DNA of 61,756 nucleotides, the filler included, from Circinaria calcarea (taxonomy: Eukaryota): assembly GCA_051942165.1 (NCBI GenBank). It is 4 parts of 4 records of this genome, joined end to end, with 100 filler letters (N's around TTAATTAATTAA, not from the genome) between each part and the next. Parts side by side here need not be neighbours in the genome. Positions count along the whole stretch, not along the records: positions 15,501 to 30,861 come from JAVECS010000367.1; positions 30,962 to 46,309 come from JAVECS010000368.1; 2 more parts are not named here. One strand, 5' to 3'. Below the pieces are notes generated by a model. It saw nothing but the letters and a program-made list of their open reading frames with translations, was not told the DNA's origin and searched no databases. Positions 24,518 through 38,038 of the stretch are shown here, piece after piece. Every line of letters starts with the position of its first letter. Positions within the stretch are counted from its first letter, which is position 1. The position numbers and the translations under genes are program-made.

Positions 24518-25796
24518 CTACTCTGCAAGCTCTGCTGGTTCTTTCTTAATTTCTTTGCCAAATCCTAAATACAATTGATCTTGATCTCCTTTCTGACTTG
24601 GTTTAATCTTATTTGGACGTCCTTGGAAACTCGAAACCAAATCTTCACCTACGTTCCTTGTATGCACCAAGTATCCTCCGTAATCGTCGTTGTGCGCTTG
24701 GGCTAGATTATAGATGAGCCGTTTACCATTCTGTTCATATCCCTTGACGACATCATCAATGGCCTTCTCTTTATTGATGAGATGTTGTACCAGTCGCTGT
24801 ACAGCCATGTTACACTAGCTATTGTGCAGAGAAAGGGTGTTTTACATTAGAAACATCATAAAAAGCATCAAGTGTGCCCTATTGATGTGGTCGAAGTGAT
24901 TTCATCCATGGGTTCATAGCGTTGTTGCTCCCGCGTCGGCCGATGGCTTGAAAGAATCCACCTCCCCTATGTTGTTAGGGCTTTCTGAACTTGACGATTC
25001 TGGTGCCGGTTCTTGCACTGGAGTCGTCACATCAATATGCTTCGACGCAGATGCCTTGATTTTCCTCGAAATACCTTGCATTACCTCCTTCGGGCGTGCT
25101 AGATACAAGCAGGCGGCTCGGATTGACATCGCTATTTTGCTGGTGGGTTCGATCGCTACTGATCCCGAGTGACCTTGGAGGCAATCGGAGCTGTTTTATT
25201 CTCACCTCGCTGATTCCTGAACCCATGGAGTTGAAGGCCAGAGTACGGACAGCTTCGGGTGCAATCTGGAGTCCATGACCTATCATCCTCTCTCTAAAAG
25301 GATCCTCTTGTTCTGCCTGATGGGCGCCAGGGTCATGTCTAGAAATCACAAGATCTACCTGATCTGATAGTGATACCGAATCTGCGTTATCAGTTGTAAT
25401 CGTAATTGCCGTCTTCTGAGCCGTGACCTCGGGTAAGATGGTATTGTGATCGGACATACCTTGAATCTTGATATCAGCTCTAGTTCCTGCTGCTCGTCGA
25501 GTGCCTGATCGAATTAATGCTGCTGGGGCGTTTTGGTGCTTTCTTGCAGAGGATCTCGTTCTCCGCGTCACCTTTTTCGAAACCGTAGAAACCGGCTCTG
25601 TTGGTGGCTGTTTCGTTACTCGTGGCTGAACCGCAATGGTTGCCGAAACTGAAGCTAATTTGTTCGCCCTTTTTGCTGATGAGGGTCTATAACCTTGATC
25701 TGACCAATAGTTGGCCCCAGAATTGCAAAGGAGCGCTGCTAGTTGCTGGAGAGGAGATTCAAGGCCATTGGCTGGTGGAATGAAAGAGTCTGCCAT
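24518..25796 (-). pseudogene. Disrupted hypothetical gene with C-terminal coiled-coil exon
   Basis: Overlapping out-of-frame ORFs 25032..25796 and 24914..25129, plus 24518..24808 (VQRLVQHLINKEKAIDDVVKGYEQNGKRLIYNL), which looks protein-like. No clean spliced model found. Confidence 0.35.
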
Positions 25797-26543
25797 GATG
25801 TGAAATTACTTCTGTAGCAGGCTAAAGAAGAATCTACAAAGGAGAGGAACGAATAACAAAGTGATGGGAGACGGTGCCCACCGCGAACTTAGACGTTGTG
25901 GCAGCTACGTAGAAGGAGATGGACAGCTACCGTAGTACCTCAAAAACATCGCCGGCCTGCGCTGTTGGGAGGAGATCAACACGACCACAGGCGACTCGAC
26001 CTGGGTCGTCGAGAGCTCCGATCCCGGCTCCCACTACCATGGCGGAGCAAATAAGACGGACAGTCGGTTCTCTGGCTGACGCTGTGGATCGGGTTAGTGG
26101 TGTTGGCTGTGGTCCGGCTCAGATTTCTGTGGTTGAGTGTGATTGGTGAGTTTCATTATTTCCGGAGGGGGGTGGGTCCTTTGGGAGACTGGAAGGGATA
26201 CTGGAGCTAATACATTGATTGCCTTAGTTGTGACCATTACGAATACGCTGGCATTCTTAAGGTGTGATAAGTTTAGTCAGGCGTCGAATTTGGCTTCTAG
26301 CGCATTATATTTAGGGCATACTATAAGGAATTTCGCCGGAGGGATATTCAGTACTGATTAATCGCTGAATGGCTAGCTATAGTATTGGAGCATAGTATAT
26401 TGCTAGGCTCATCTCGTCAAAGCCTCCCCGTCTACTATCTGCTAAACCAAAGCTCTCAAGCCCTACAGCTTCCAGAAGCACATGAAGCGCTTTTGCCATT
26501 TCATCGCCCATGTATAAATCCTTGCAGACACGGCACCGATCTT

Positions 26544-27071
26544 CTAGTCTTCGACGTGAAGTAGCATCGCAACCTCACAGCCTCGCTTCGCGACTCCTGG
26601 ATCCGAATCCCATGCATCCCGTAGGGCACTGCTAAAGGTAGCAAGATCCACATCAAACCTATATCCCCTAATCCGATGTTGGCGCTTGTTCCACCCGTAC
26701 GTGACCGAAATCGCCACTATGTCCTTGGTTCGAGGGCCCAGGCCGCATTCTTCGGCCAAGAAGATGAAGAGGTCTTGCAACGATTTACACGCCGACAACT
26801 TGACAGTAACTGGCGCCATATCTTGCTGGCAACTTGCTGTCACCATCAGGGTGGTTCCGACTGTTATTATTTCTGATAACGCTTCTGCCTCGATCCTTGC
26901 CTGTTGAGAATCAGTCGTATCTTCAAGGAACTTGACAATGGTGCTTACGCGATTATCTGAAGCCGGTAAGCCTGCGGAAACCGAAGACGAATCGTTGAAA
27001 GTTGCTTGGTCAACAATCATACAAGTATTTTCTTGGTATGTGCTTTCGTCGGGGTTGAATGAAGTTTGCAT
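26544..27071 (-). CDS. Hypothetical protein, probably the last exon of a longer (possibly decayed) gene extending toward ~28650
   Basis: 175-aa ORF ending in a globular-looking segment (VTVKLSACKSLQDLFIFLAEECGL..ISVTYGW..LRDAW..CEVAMLLHV); splice-like sites near 27220-27290. Confidence 0.4.
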   Translation of the reverse strand: MQTSFNPDESTYQENTCMIVDQATFNDSSSVSAGLPASDNRVSTIVKFLEDTTDSQQARIEAEALSEIITVGTTLMVTASCQQDMAPVTVKLSACKSLQDLFIFLAEECGLGPRTKDIVAISVTYGWNKRQHRIRGYRFDVDLATFSSALRDAWDSDPGVAKRGCEVAMLLHVED

Positions 27072-29237
27072 GGAGTTTCTTGTGGTTCTTGCCCTGTGGC
27101 CGGATGCCTTTGGTTCTTTCGGGGTTGATTGAGGTTTCTTACGCTTGTTCCCAGACCCCTGTACCGGTAGCTCTGCTGCAGTTGCAACATCATCTGGTCT
27201 TTCCTGGTTGACAGGTACTGTTAATACATTGATTGTTAGCCTTTGCTCATCAAAGGGAGCGTTGCTCTTAAGAGAGAGACTCCATTACCTGTTTCGATAG
27301 ACGCATTGGATACAGCAGGATTCTCCGTACTCAATGGATTGAGGATACTGCCTCTTAGACCGATTTTCGAATCCATTGCATCCATTATCTGAACGGTTTT
27401 ATGATTTATATGTTTTCAGGAGTATGTCAACGATTATGAACCGACCAGTTGCATCACGCTAGCTAGGTTGGCTTAGTGGGTGATGAAGCCCTGAATCAGT
27501 CATGCAGGGTCTGCTGTGACGACTTAAAATGCCGTGTGGAATATTTCGCGTACGATAGAGTAATTGGACTGGGTATGAATCCGCACCTATGAGATTCCTC
27601 GACTAAGCCATCCAGACAGCTTCAATCATACTACAGGAAAATGGGTGTATCGTCGAGTAATTTATTGGACATCTAGAGAAAGGCGTACTCATCATAATAC
27701 GAGCATATCACGCTGCTCTCAGATTCTCCAATGCTCCCTTTAGCTCCTTCACTGCAGTGTCCACCTCTTCAGAACTCGGCGCGGAGATTTCTCATCTTGC
27801 AAGCTTCTGAGCTTTCACCGTCAACTTCCTCGTCTGGAACATTACTCAATTGACTGGCAACTGGCTGTAATTTTACTTGCTGGATGGCTATGCTATGGGT
27901 TGACGCCGTGGTCGGGGTAAGAGTCGACATTTTTGCTGGCGGTGATATGAGACCGGCGGCTGGAGGTTGAGGTGAATACGCAGGCTGTTGAGATGGTAGA
28001 GAGTTTGGATTGACAGAAGGTCAAGATACGGGTGTTGGTTTGGATGTGCTGGTAAGGTATGTGGATCTACTGGTTCTTGCTGATTCAGATAGCTGGCAGT
28101 GATGGAGGGTGGTAACGAGGATGGGTCTGAGCAACCCAGTTATTGGAGGTGAAACCGGTTTCTTGGGCGGCACTTCTGGTGGAATTGGACTCCCTGTATC
28201 TGTGTATCCATGAGGAATGCTAGAGAAGTAGCCACCTCCCTCTGATCCAGTTCTACCCGCAGCAGGAGCTCCGAGAGGGGGTAATTCATCGGCTTGGTTC
28301 TGATAAGTATTTCTCTGCTACTGTGCTATGAGGAGTCGGGATTGGAGGCTATATGGTGTAGTCCTGATTTGATGGAAATATGACTGAAGACGCTCTGGAA
28401 GGATATAATAATAAATCTACAACCGACCTCTGCGCCACATGTCGCTTATGTCCATGGCTTTCGTCAGGCATCTCCAGCGATTGGCTGATGGTCCTTGATA
28501 GAACTGTGAATAGAGGTGAGTACCAACGAGAGCTTGAACTTCAAGATCATTAGAATCAAGAGCTGGCCGCTCCTGAATAGGAAATGGTTCAGGGCATTGG
28601 TTAAATAGTTTCGCGCCCTCACCCTTCAATGCTCCGGCAATACACAACACATGATATTATGCAAATATAGTCTTAATGCTCTCTCAGGATCCAATGGCCC
28701 CGAACCTACAGGAATCAACAAGGTCCGCAGCCCAAAAGGTGCCTGCTGTCTGCCTAAATGACCAGCTCAGTATGGACTGTAGACGAACAGAGCTTGATGA
28801 CGCTTACCTAAACGCTTAGTTGCTTGCTGCGGCATCTACCCTCTGGGAACCCTCTAGACCGAATTGCTCAACATACGCTTGACCAATAACATCGTCGAGA
28901 ATGGCATTACTCTGAGAGTGCTCCGCCTTGGTCTAATTAATATGCCTGTTTGTCTTAGGGGGTGTTGGCCGGTAATTTACCGATCCGAGTGTTACCTGAA
29001 GAAATAATTTTCAATAATAATCCTAAGTTATGTAGCGAGCGCGCGCCTATATAAAATTATTCCACATGTAAGTTGCGCTGCAGATTGCGGGCTAATTCGC
29101 TCGTATGGATGTTCATTTAATCTGTGCTAATGCGCATTGATACTCGCATTTAGGATCGCTGTAAAATTAGGAGTGCGGTAGATTCCTATTCCTCTACTCT
29201 ACACCGGACTAACATCATGAACAGGAAAAGCTGTTTC

Positions 29238-30861
29238 CTAGTCGAATTCAATCTCATAGAGTTGCGATTCACCCGTCTTCTTTCTCGCACGCTGCTTCTT
29301 CTCATTGACTATGGCCTTTGCCTGCTTCTTCTTGGCCATGAGCCTTGCGATAGCTCTTTGTTCTCCTTCCTCTCGCTCTTTACTGCCTTCGCCGCAGCTG
29401 GCACCGCCGCTTGTTACTGCTGCGATGCTTCGAGTCCTCGTCGGCTTTCGAATACGCACGGTGCTCGTTAGTAAAAGGCTTGGGGGTGGAGGTTGGGAGG
29501 GCTCTTCCAGCTAATTGCTGGAAGAGGAAGAGCTTTGATCATACTCGTCGATAAGTTGAGAAGAGGTAGAGGGGGAAGGCGCAATTGCACCGGCTAGAGT
29601 GATTACCCGTGGCTGGGTCGAGCGGATAATGAGGGAGGTGGAAAAGGAAGTGGAGTCGTACTCCCTAAAGGTAGGGGTACAGATTTGCCCATCTTCTTCC
29701 AGCTAATTCTCCTCCTCCGCGCGAGTCACACCGATCTTCATGAGCTGCTTCACGCTCCGCCTTCTTACGCTGTGCAATTACCTGGCGCTCTGCTTCGTCA
29801 CCAGCTTCTCGCAAAGTCAGAGCCCTTTTGCGGGTGCACTGGAAGAGAAGCTCTTTATGGGTTGGCAATGCGTCTGGCAAAGCCGCAGGTAAAGTGTCTT
29901 CTTTTGCCCCTTCCTATCCAAATGCCCTGTCGCTTGACCGGCAAATTTGGCAGTTAACGCAGCAAGTTCTGTCCTTCCTTCCCCGGTGAGTCTAGTGTTT
30001 CGAGCAGGTTGGCTAACTGTAATGTTAGTAAATCAAGCCCACCTTCACGATTAATGTCTCCTCGCCCGCGATCGAAAGTTCTCTCGTCGACGGCAAGTTT
30101 CCAAAGCTTCGTCCAGCTCTGAGACTACCCAGGATATGGTCCACCCTCCGCTGAGGGCTGGGCCATCAATCAACCAGCGAGGGTGGAGGAGGGAAAGGGG
30201 CAGCGGCATGGCAAGACGAACCGTGCTGGCACTGAGCACCTGAACTGACGTCAAGGCTCTTCTGGCATGTCCCTTCTCCCCCCACCTTTTCCCTCACGCC
30301 TTTGTATGCAGCCTTCCAACTGTCGCCGGTCTAGGGCATACCGGGTGACTCGACCTCGCATCAATTGCGGAAGCTTGTTTGTCATAGTCTCTTGACTCGA
30401 GAGTTCGATACTTGTATTCCTATTTGGTTATCCTTCTTTGTAGCTCATTGCTTTGTAAAGCTAATATCTTACATGCATCTGGCAGGTCCTTCTCCTTATG
30501 GAGCCTGCTCTTTGCGCCGGAATGACTTGATTCATTCCGCTGAGTCTGAAGCAACCAAGATTCTGGTAAGTCCTCAACCACATGTCAACAAACTGATGTT
30601 CTTTAGGAATATAATTCGCCAACATATACAACTGCTCTGGGCCCCGTAGAGCCTGCAGGAGGTCTTTCCGGTTACGCGGAACCTCCGGCATAGTGCACGA
30701 TTAGGTTCACCGCCATATAAGGTTCGTAATCTCGATGTAAGTCTGGCCCTTATATGCCGCCTTTCTGATATGAGCTCTGATGGCTTCTGCAATGTGCCAC
30801 TGTCAGAACTGATAGATATACTCGAGGCTCTGACACCAATCGTCTTCCTCCCCCCTCGTCC
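29238..30861 (-). mobile_element. Second Mutator/MULE transposase relic, 5'-truncated by the gap
   Basis: QF*QWHIAEAIR (CxxH motif), YIPKEHQFVDMWLRTYQNLGCF/TQRNESSHSGAKSRL (catalytic E region, frameshifted), PLSLLHPRW and RKRALTLREA; multiple stops. Confidence 0.75.
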
Positions 30862-30961
30862 NNNNNNNNNNNNNNNNNNNNNNNNNNNNNNNNNNNNNNN
30901 NNNNNTTAATTAATTAANNNNNNNNNNNNNNNNNNNNNNNNNNNNNNNNNNNNNNNNNNNN
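30862..30961. other. Artificial contig linker (44N-TTAATTAATTAA-44N)
   Basis: Same 100-nt linker as 15401-15500. Confidence 0.97.
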
Positions 30962-31592
30962 GAGATAGTGATAGGTGGATGGGAAGGGCGTGGTTTGGAA
31001 TAGGAGTACGATACCATGGATGGAAGGTAATGATGCGGTGGTTTTTCCGGTAGCAATAAGCGACGGCAGTTGCTATTCCTTCCAACTGCCCACTTTTCCC
31101 AACGACTGCTTCTCTGCACTTGAGAAAAGGTAGCATCCAGCTCGGGAACAACGAGAGCGTGAATTCTATCGGCAAGGTGAGCTTCTGTTCGGCGTGATAA
31201 GCCAACCAATTCGAATCTCACTAGCAAGTTTAAACCCGTGCACATACGGTCATTAAAGTCCATGCGAAGAAAACCTGCGTAGAAGGTATCGAATCACTCT
31301 TGATCTAGTTTTTGTCCCGGGACGTTAGGAAGATCCCTCCGGGTCTAATCTCCAAGAGTACATGCCCTTAATCTGGCAGGCCGAGTTGGCCCCCTTTATC
31401 TACATGCGCACACCCACCGAAAAACCCGGCACCATGCGAGAGGGCCTACCCTAAAATGGAAACGAATTCCATGCGTTTCGCTGTAAACACCTTTGGCATA
31501 CACGATGCCTTGTTCGCCCTGTTCAAAATGCTCTTGGCGCCCTCGTTCGCCCAACAATAGGTACGAAACAGAGAGGTTTCCCGTAGCGTCCT

Positions 31593-34500
31593 TCATTTGA
31601 CTTCAACGCCACCCTGACTTGAGCTCGGCCGGATCCGTTTTGCGTCTCTTTCCGTACTAGCCGAAACACTTGCCCGCCGTTTCTCTTTCTCTCGCTGATG
31701 TTCCTCGTGACGCACGGCTCTCCTTGCTTCCTTATCCTTACGTTCGTTTTCTCGTCGCAGAGCTTTTGATTCGAATTCGTGCCAATCCCCCTGAAGGTCC
31801 TTCAGCCTGTTCATATGATTAGTTCATGTATGGATACTACCAGACACTGAAGTGGTGAGCTTACCCAAATGCCGGCACTGGTGCTGGCTCCTCCGTAGTG
31901 AAATACGGATGCTCCAACACATCGCCCGCCGTTGGCCGCTTAGCGGGGTCATACAGGAACATGGCTTGGAGAAGTTCGAAAGCAGCTGGAGTAAGCCTCT
32001 CACGATACTTCTCCGCGAAAACGTTTGGCTTCCTCTCCGTAGGTCTCAGTAATTCGAACCAGGCCATATCGACCAAGCCCGGCCACTCCGATCTGGTCGG
32101 TGTACCGAGTACATTGTAGAGTTTATCAAGCTGATTGATTTCACCTCCATCTCCTGGGAAAATGGCGTGCTTGGTGAATATTTCAATCATCACACACGCA
32201 GCACTCCAGATGTCAACTGCGGGACCATATTGGGTTTCGCCCAGGAGTAGCTCGGGAGGACGATACCAGATTGTGATTACTCTGTTCGTGTAGTCAAGCT
32301 GCCGACGTTTGGCGAAGAAGCGTGCGAGACCGAAATCTGCTAATTTGAGTTGACCGGTACTGCTGATAAGTATGTTGGCTGCTTTAATATCCCTATGTAA
32401 GACACCACGACGGTGGAGATGATCAAGGCCTTCGAAGAGTTGCCTAGCAAGGTGCTTCTTGTGGGAATGATCGAGTTTAAAAGATGGATGATTAAGGAGG
32501 CCCGTTAGATCGTGTGACAAATATTCAAAGACCATGAAGCAATCGTTCTTTTCCACCATGACTTCTTGTAAGCTGACGACATTATCATGCTTCAGTGACT
32601 GCAACAACTTGATTTCACGGACGGCTGTCACAGGAAAACCATCTCGCTCGCCCTCCATCCGTATTTTCTTAAGTGCAACAAGGCTCTTGGTATAGACATG
32701 TATCGCTTTGAAAACTTTCCCGTACGTACCAGACCCAACAACGGATTCATTCCCAGGTTTGCGGTAATATACAGAGTCCGAAGCTGCGAAGTCTGCCGGC
32801 AACGTGGGTCGAGGCTTCATACGCGTCAATATCCTCGTTTGCTTCTTCGGTGCAGGTGACCGCTCTCGCTCACGCTCACGCTCTCGATCTCGCTCTGGTC
32901 GCCGCTCAGCTCGATAATCAAAGCGACGTTCATCACGTGGATCACGCTCGCTCCGCCTCTCATCCCTGTAGTGGTGCTCATCTCTGCTATCCCTATCTCG
33001 ACGGTCATCGCGTCGAGTAGCACGAGCATCTGTATGGCGTTCTGCCCGTGATTTTGAAGAAGTAGGGTCTCTGGATAAAGTCGAAGTCAAATCTACCTTA
33101 CTTTTCACCTTCTCTAACTGAGGATTTTTCCATGTTGGAATCTCCTTCATCTTCTGTGCAAGATCTGGGACGAGTTTCGAAACTGAGGGAGGTGCAGCTT
33201 TAGCTTTGGTGAAGGCAAAACTAAATTTGGATGCCTCCTTGGTTTGCAACCCCTCAGAGGATTGCCGTGCAGGCGGTGGCATCTTCTTTATGTCTAGGAC
33301 ACTCTCCATCTCTACATCTTTTCCACTTTGATCTTCCACCTGCAGATCCTTCGATGGTCGAAATGGATTATCGTCATCTTCTGCAACAATAGCCTTTTCT
33401 GGTGGTGCTTGTTGTTGTTGTGGCGCTGGAGGATTTTGGGACGGTCCCGCTGGATGTAATGTGGTGTGGCTCTGATCTGTTTGACCACGTCCGCGGGTTC
33501 CCCCACTGGCGGTCCATTGGAGATTCTGAAAATGCCCTCCCCTACCCCTAGGTGCCTGAATTCCATAATTTGGAGGGCCGGAACCCGAGAAGCGGCGATC
33601 TTGCTGCTGGCTAAAATGATTCCCTCGCAGCCCGGAGTGACCACCCCTGTAAGACGGACTTTGGAATCCAGGCTGTGTCTGCTGGGGCCCAGCGTACTGA
33701 TTATGCTGAGTATTTGGGTAATACTGGCCATTCGCGCCATTCGGAGGAGGATAGCTATTTTGCCGGAAGGGTGGAGAGTAGGCACTCATGTTTGGCCTGC
33801 GACTATTAGCAATGGAAAGGGATCGACAAGAAAACATCTTTCTTACCCTGACTGACCGTGGAAGTGCTGCTGTTGCCCGGCCCAACCCCCTCTTCCGTGG
33901 CTATAAGGCGAGCCTGATTGAGGAGAACCGTGGTGGGATGATGTAGGCGTCATATACTGGGGAGATGGAGCAAAAGACTGCCGTGTATCGATATGTGGGG
34001 GGACCCGTCGATGACCTGGATGGATATCCACGGCCTTCATTCCATGCATTGGAAAGGATTGCCCAAGGTGTGGATCTCCAGCCCCATTACTATCATCAAA
34101 GCTGGGAATTGGTCGGGGTGGCGATGGTGGACGAGCGATTTCGTCGTCCAGTATAGACTGAATGGGTCGAGTAGATGATTGCATTTTTCGACCTTCTCCC
34201 TCTAGTCGTTCAGGAGATTTGGAGAAGTGATTCGAACGATACGAACGCTTGTTTTTTATACCTGATCGAGAAGTAGAGCGTCGACGTTCCTTATCAGATG
34301 TCCGGTGCTTAGAAGACGACGATGCTCTCAAACGTGAATCGCGATATCTAGACGGCGAAGGCGAATCTCTAACTCTCCGGGGCGATAATTTCCGCGGTGA
34401 GAGCCTCCTTGTATGCTGATGTCGATAAGATCCGTCTTCCGCTTGGCGAGAGCGCCTTGCGGGAGAACGAGATCGTCTGCGGGGAAAGCTTGGGGAACGC

Positions 34501-35162
34501 TGGTTTCGTGAGGTAGGCGACCTTGAACGGCGAGGTTTGGATGATGAGAATGGCACGTAGGAGTCGCGCACTACCCGGTCGGGAGAGGATAGCCTACTAC
34601 GGTGTGATGCAGAATCGTATGCCCTTCTGGCTGAGTTCTTCGGAGAATACGCTCGTTCACGACTTCTCCCACCAGGATGATTCCCTCTCTGGGTGCGTAT
34701 GGGACTGCGACTTCTCCTCGGCTCTTGTCGCTGAAGATAATGTCTGGCTTCGGGCGTTGTGCTACGGGGTCTTCGATGCTTATTCTGTGCCGGTGATTTT
34801 TCTCGAGCTTGACGTGGCCCCTCCTCACCTTTGACTTTTGCTGGCGGCGAGCCGTGCGAGCCCTTCTCAGCTATTCTCCTTGAGCCTCCGTCTAGGTCTC
34901 TAGATCTAGGAGGAGTACGAATAGCACCGTTAGCAGTAGCTCTCCCTCTGATCTTGTGCCCAACGTCGGTACTATCGTCCTTCCGAGAGGATGCTGGCGA
35001 ACGTCGACGACGGTCAGTCCGGCCTTGCTCTCGCCGATCACGATGGCTTCGGTAGACTTCTTCTGCTCTCCACTGATCTCTCATCAATGGGCTTCGTCGC
35101 GAAGCCGCCATGAAATCGCTGCGTGCATCGGGAAGTGTTCTGATTTTGTCAGTTTCTCTCAT
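31593..35162 (-). CDS. CTK1: CTD kinase I catalytic subunit (CTK1/Lsk1/CDK12-like), ~1150 aa with RS-rich N-terminus, 3 exons
   Basis: Exons 35162-33847, 33796-31865 and 31806-31593. Kinase motifs GSGTYGKVFKA, FPVTAVREIKLL, HRDIKAANIL, DFGLAR and YTNRVITIWYRPPELLLG; C-terminal GDWHEFESK. The start codon could be a downstream ATG. Confidence 0.92.
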
Positions 35163-36673
35163 AGCCCAGGAGGCGGACTCCGGAGCCTTCTCGCTAAAGG
35201 GTTAAGACCAAAGGGGTTAGCGGCGATGACCGGAAAACAGAGCGAAGAGGAATATTATAATGATAGAGCTGCAATAGTCAACGTACCTGGTGCGGTCGTC
35301 GCTGATGATACATTACCCAGATTGTTGTTGTCCCCCACGCGCTGCTTTGAAGCCCGCACCTTTGCTGTTGGAATAACTGACTCCGAGCTTTGTATCTTTA
35401 CGAGGTTGCGTCAACATCTAAACGGCAGCCGATCTGGCCTCCGGTTCTCTGCCCACAACCGACGCAAATGCACTACTATTACCTACCGTTCTTCAAGGGA
35501 TAGCATCTCACAAGCACGACTATCTAAAGCTGCGAGGATCAAGACAGCAGCATGACCCCAGGGCCACTGCACAATAGACCATTGCAGCTTGGGTGGCCGC
35601 GGAAGGGGCCCTCCAGCTTCTTTCCTCTTCTCACCATCCATACACTGGGTAAAGGGATAAGTTTCACCGCAGCGCAAGATTCCCACCCCTAGCACCTCAT
35701 TTCTCCGTAATTGTCAGTTCATGGGATGCCCGTAAATGATGGATGTTAGGGCATGGCGATTGTAAAAGTTTGCAATGACGGCGTGCATCATTCGAAGCCG
35801 AATATTCGCCTGCCACCTGCCGCATAGCTGAGAGGTAAATACTCCGACGTCCACAGATTCACATAGGAATTACTCCGTAACGTATCCCTCTTCACTCATT
35901 AGTAGATCTCGCCCATTTATTTTTTGAACGGCAAGCGAGCAATTGCATTCGCCTTTTCGGGACAAGACCTTCTTTGACCTGTGCAACTGGTAAGGTCTCC
36001 GCCCCACGCCATCGGTTCGAGCGACAATCCATCGATAATCCAGCAAGCCTAGCCAATGCGGAGTCGTAACTTCGTAGCCTAATTGTTCCTCTGATTCATC
36101 TTGATGGCTTCGTGGCATGCCTTCCCGCTACTTCATCCTACCTGAGATCGTACCGTTCCTCCGCTAGGGCTATGTACACCCATTCTGTACTCTAGGGAGC
36201 ACCCGCAAAGCTGAACAACATGATTCATTTGTACGGTCAGATGATTGAGTTTCGGCCTGCGCTCGTGAAGTAGTTGATAATTCGGTCGTCTTTTGAGACA
36301 CCTCTGGTTCGCGACGTCCCCCGAATGGCGAAACTCGTCCCACCCGGAGGTTCAACTCCTATAACAGAAGCATGCAGCAAGGCTCTATCCTATGGACGTG
36401 CGAGGATGATCTTTACAGTGCATAGGAATGAGGACAGACACACATCAAAGATATTCAAGATGATGGGAAAGAACCTAAAGGGGACGTTGGATCGCTTAGT
36501 ACGGCTCTAGGCTTTTAAGGGTCTAGCGCTACAATACGATGCCGGTGAAATATTATCACGACGCCGCCGATACCTTTGAGACATCACGACACGGGTTTAG
36601 TGGTGGGCCACCATCCATATTTACATGGGAAGTGTATAATGTCCTAATCAAGTTTGCAGCTGGGAATGAAACT

Positions 36674-38038
36674 TTAGCCCGGTAAATCTAAATCTGCCAA
36701 GTCCATCGGCTCCCGACCTTCCAGATCTGTTTCTTCTCCCTCCTCAGCTTCCATCTCCTCTCCCTCATCTTCCGACACTTGCAACGGCCGTATGTCCTCG
36801 AAAGTATTGTGATCGACATGGCCCCACAGCATCATATCCAGATATCTCCGGTGCATGTTCAAATTCCTTCGGATCGCTTCGCGCATCACCAGCTCGTCCG
36901 GCCGTAGGATGTTTCGGCTCCCTGAACCCCATCCTTCACGCATCCCGCGACCAACCTGTCTGGCGGGAACGCCTAAGATGCTCATTCCCCGGTGCCGTGG
37001 CAAAGGTTGATGGTTCCACTTGACAAACATCCGGATCATCTCCAGCTGCGTCAGCATTTCCTCCCTCTTCAAGACCCTCGCCAGAGTTGATAGACTGCGC
37101 TGCGCCAACAGCATCTTCCTCAAGCCTTGCTCGCCAGTGCCATTGACTGGATCGGTCAGACGCATATCAAGCTTCATGAAGAACATGGTCGCCAGGAACA
37201 GGTCTTTGTTCGTCCAGATATCTTTATTATGCAGGAGCGCAATTCGTCTGGCGTTGTCGCTGATATCCATGAGGAACCAGATCTTCCGGATCGCGAGGCT
37301 TGCTCCTCTAGGAAGTCTGTGACCTTCTACAGCCAGGCTAGTAATAATATCATCCACAACCTTTTCTCGGAAGAAGATGAAACGAAGCCAGCGGAAGCTT
37401 GGAACCCGTCGAATCTGGTTTTCAACCTCTTCGTTCTTTCGAGCTGCAGGATCGCGTATGCAAAGATTCTTATAGCATTTGAAGAGAAAGACTCTGGACG
37501 ACTCGGCGGCTTTTCCAAGTGATTGTGCTAAGATCATAGCAGTGAACCGCCCGTTGACGATATCATGGAAGTCTTTGGAGATGGCGTAAAGCGAAATCAA
37601 CGTGTCGATATCCAAGTACTTGGCAACCTCATGGACCAGCTCGGGATAGTTAAGTAATGATTTGAAGATACTGAACTTTGTGAAGTCCATCTCATGCGTT
37701 GGAGGAGCCGCATCGTACCAGTAGAGCGGCTCCACAGGCTGGTCACTGGTAGGAGGAGTCGGGGGCGCTGCTTTGTGTCTCGGAGATCTGCTTGCGCGCC
37801 GCTTGTAAAGTGCACCCCTATCGGGCGAAAAGGTGATAGGGGGAAGAACCCCATAGTGAGCAGATTTGTTCGTGGTAGTTATAGGCAGCAATGGATTGAC
37901 TTGAGGGTCCGAAACGTGACTGGGTCCAGCTGCATGGTCTTGAATGTGGCCGGGTCCCCGGTCCTGTAGGGTTTGGGATAGATGAGCTGTTGGCGATACA
38001 TCACGGGTATTTAGAATCGAGCGCAGCGGAAAGGCCAT
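36674..38038 (-). CDS. Conserved fungal hypothetical protein with F-box-like motif (454 aa)
   Basis: Single long ORF; LLNYPELVHEVAKYLDIDTLISLYAISKDFH resembles an F-box; acidic C-terminus. Confidence 0.75.
   Translation of the reverse strand: MAFPLRSILNTRDVSPTAHLSQTLQDRGPGHIQDHAAGPSHVSDPQVNPLLPITTTNKSAHYGVLPPITFSPDRGALYKRRASRSPRHKAAPPTPPTSDQPVEPLYWYDAAPPTHEMDFTKFSIFKSLLNYPELVHEVAKYLDIDTLISLYAISKDFHDIVNGRFTAMILAQSLGKAAESSRVFLFKCYKNLCIRDPAARKNEEVENQIRRVPSFRWLRFIFFREKVVDDIITSLAVEGHRLPRGASLAIRKIWFLMDISDNARRIALLHNKDIWTNKDLFLATMFFMKLDMRLTDPVNGTGEQGLRKMLLAQRSLSTLARVLKREEMLTQLEMIRMFVKWNHQPLPRHRGMSILGVPARQVGRGMREGWGSGSRNILRPDELVMREAIRRNLNMHRRYLDMMLWGHVDHNTFEDIRPLQVSEDEGEEMEAEEGEETDLEGREPMDLADLDLPG

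Noticed and set aside
34956..35555. 199-aa plus-strand ORF, and similar antisense ORFs over CTK1, APH, HAT2 and the 2295-3197 exon
   Set aside because: They are shadow frames of real genes with no recognisable motifs.
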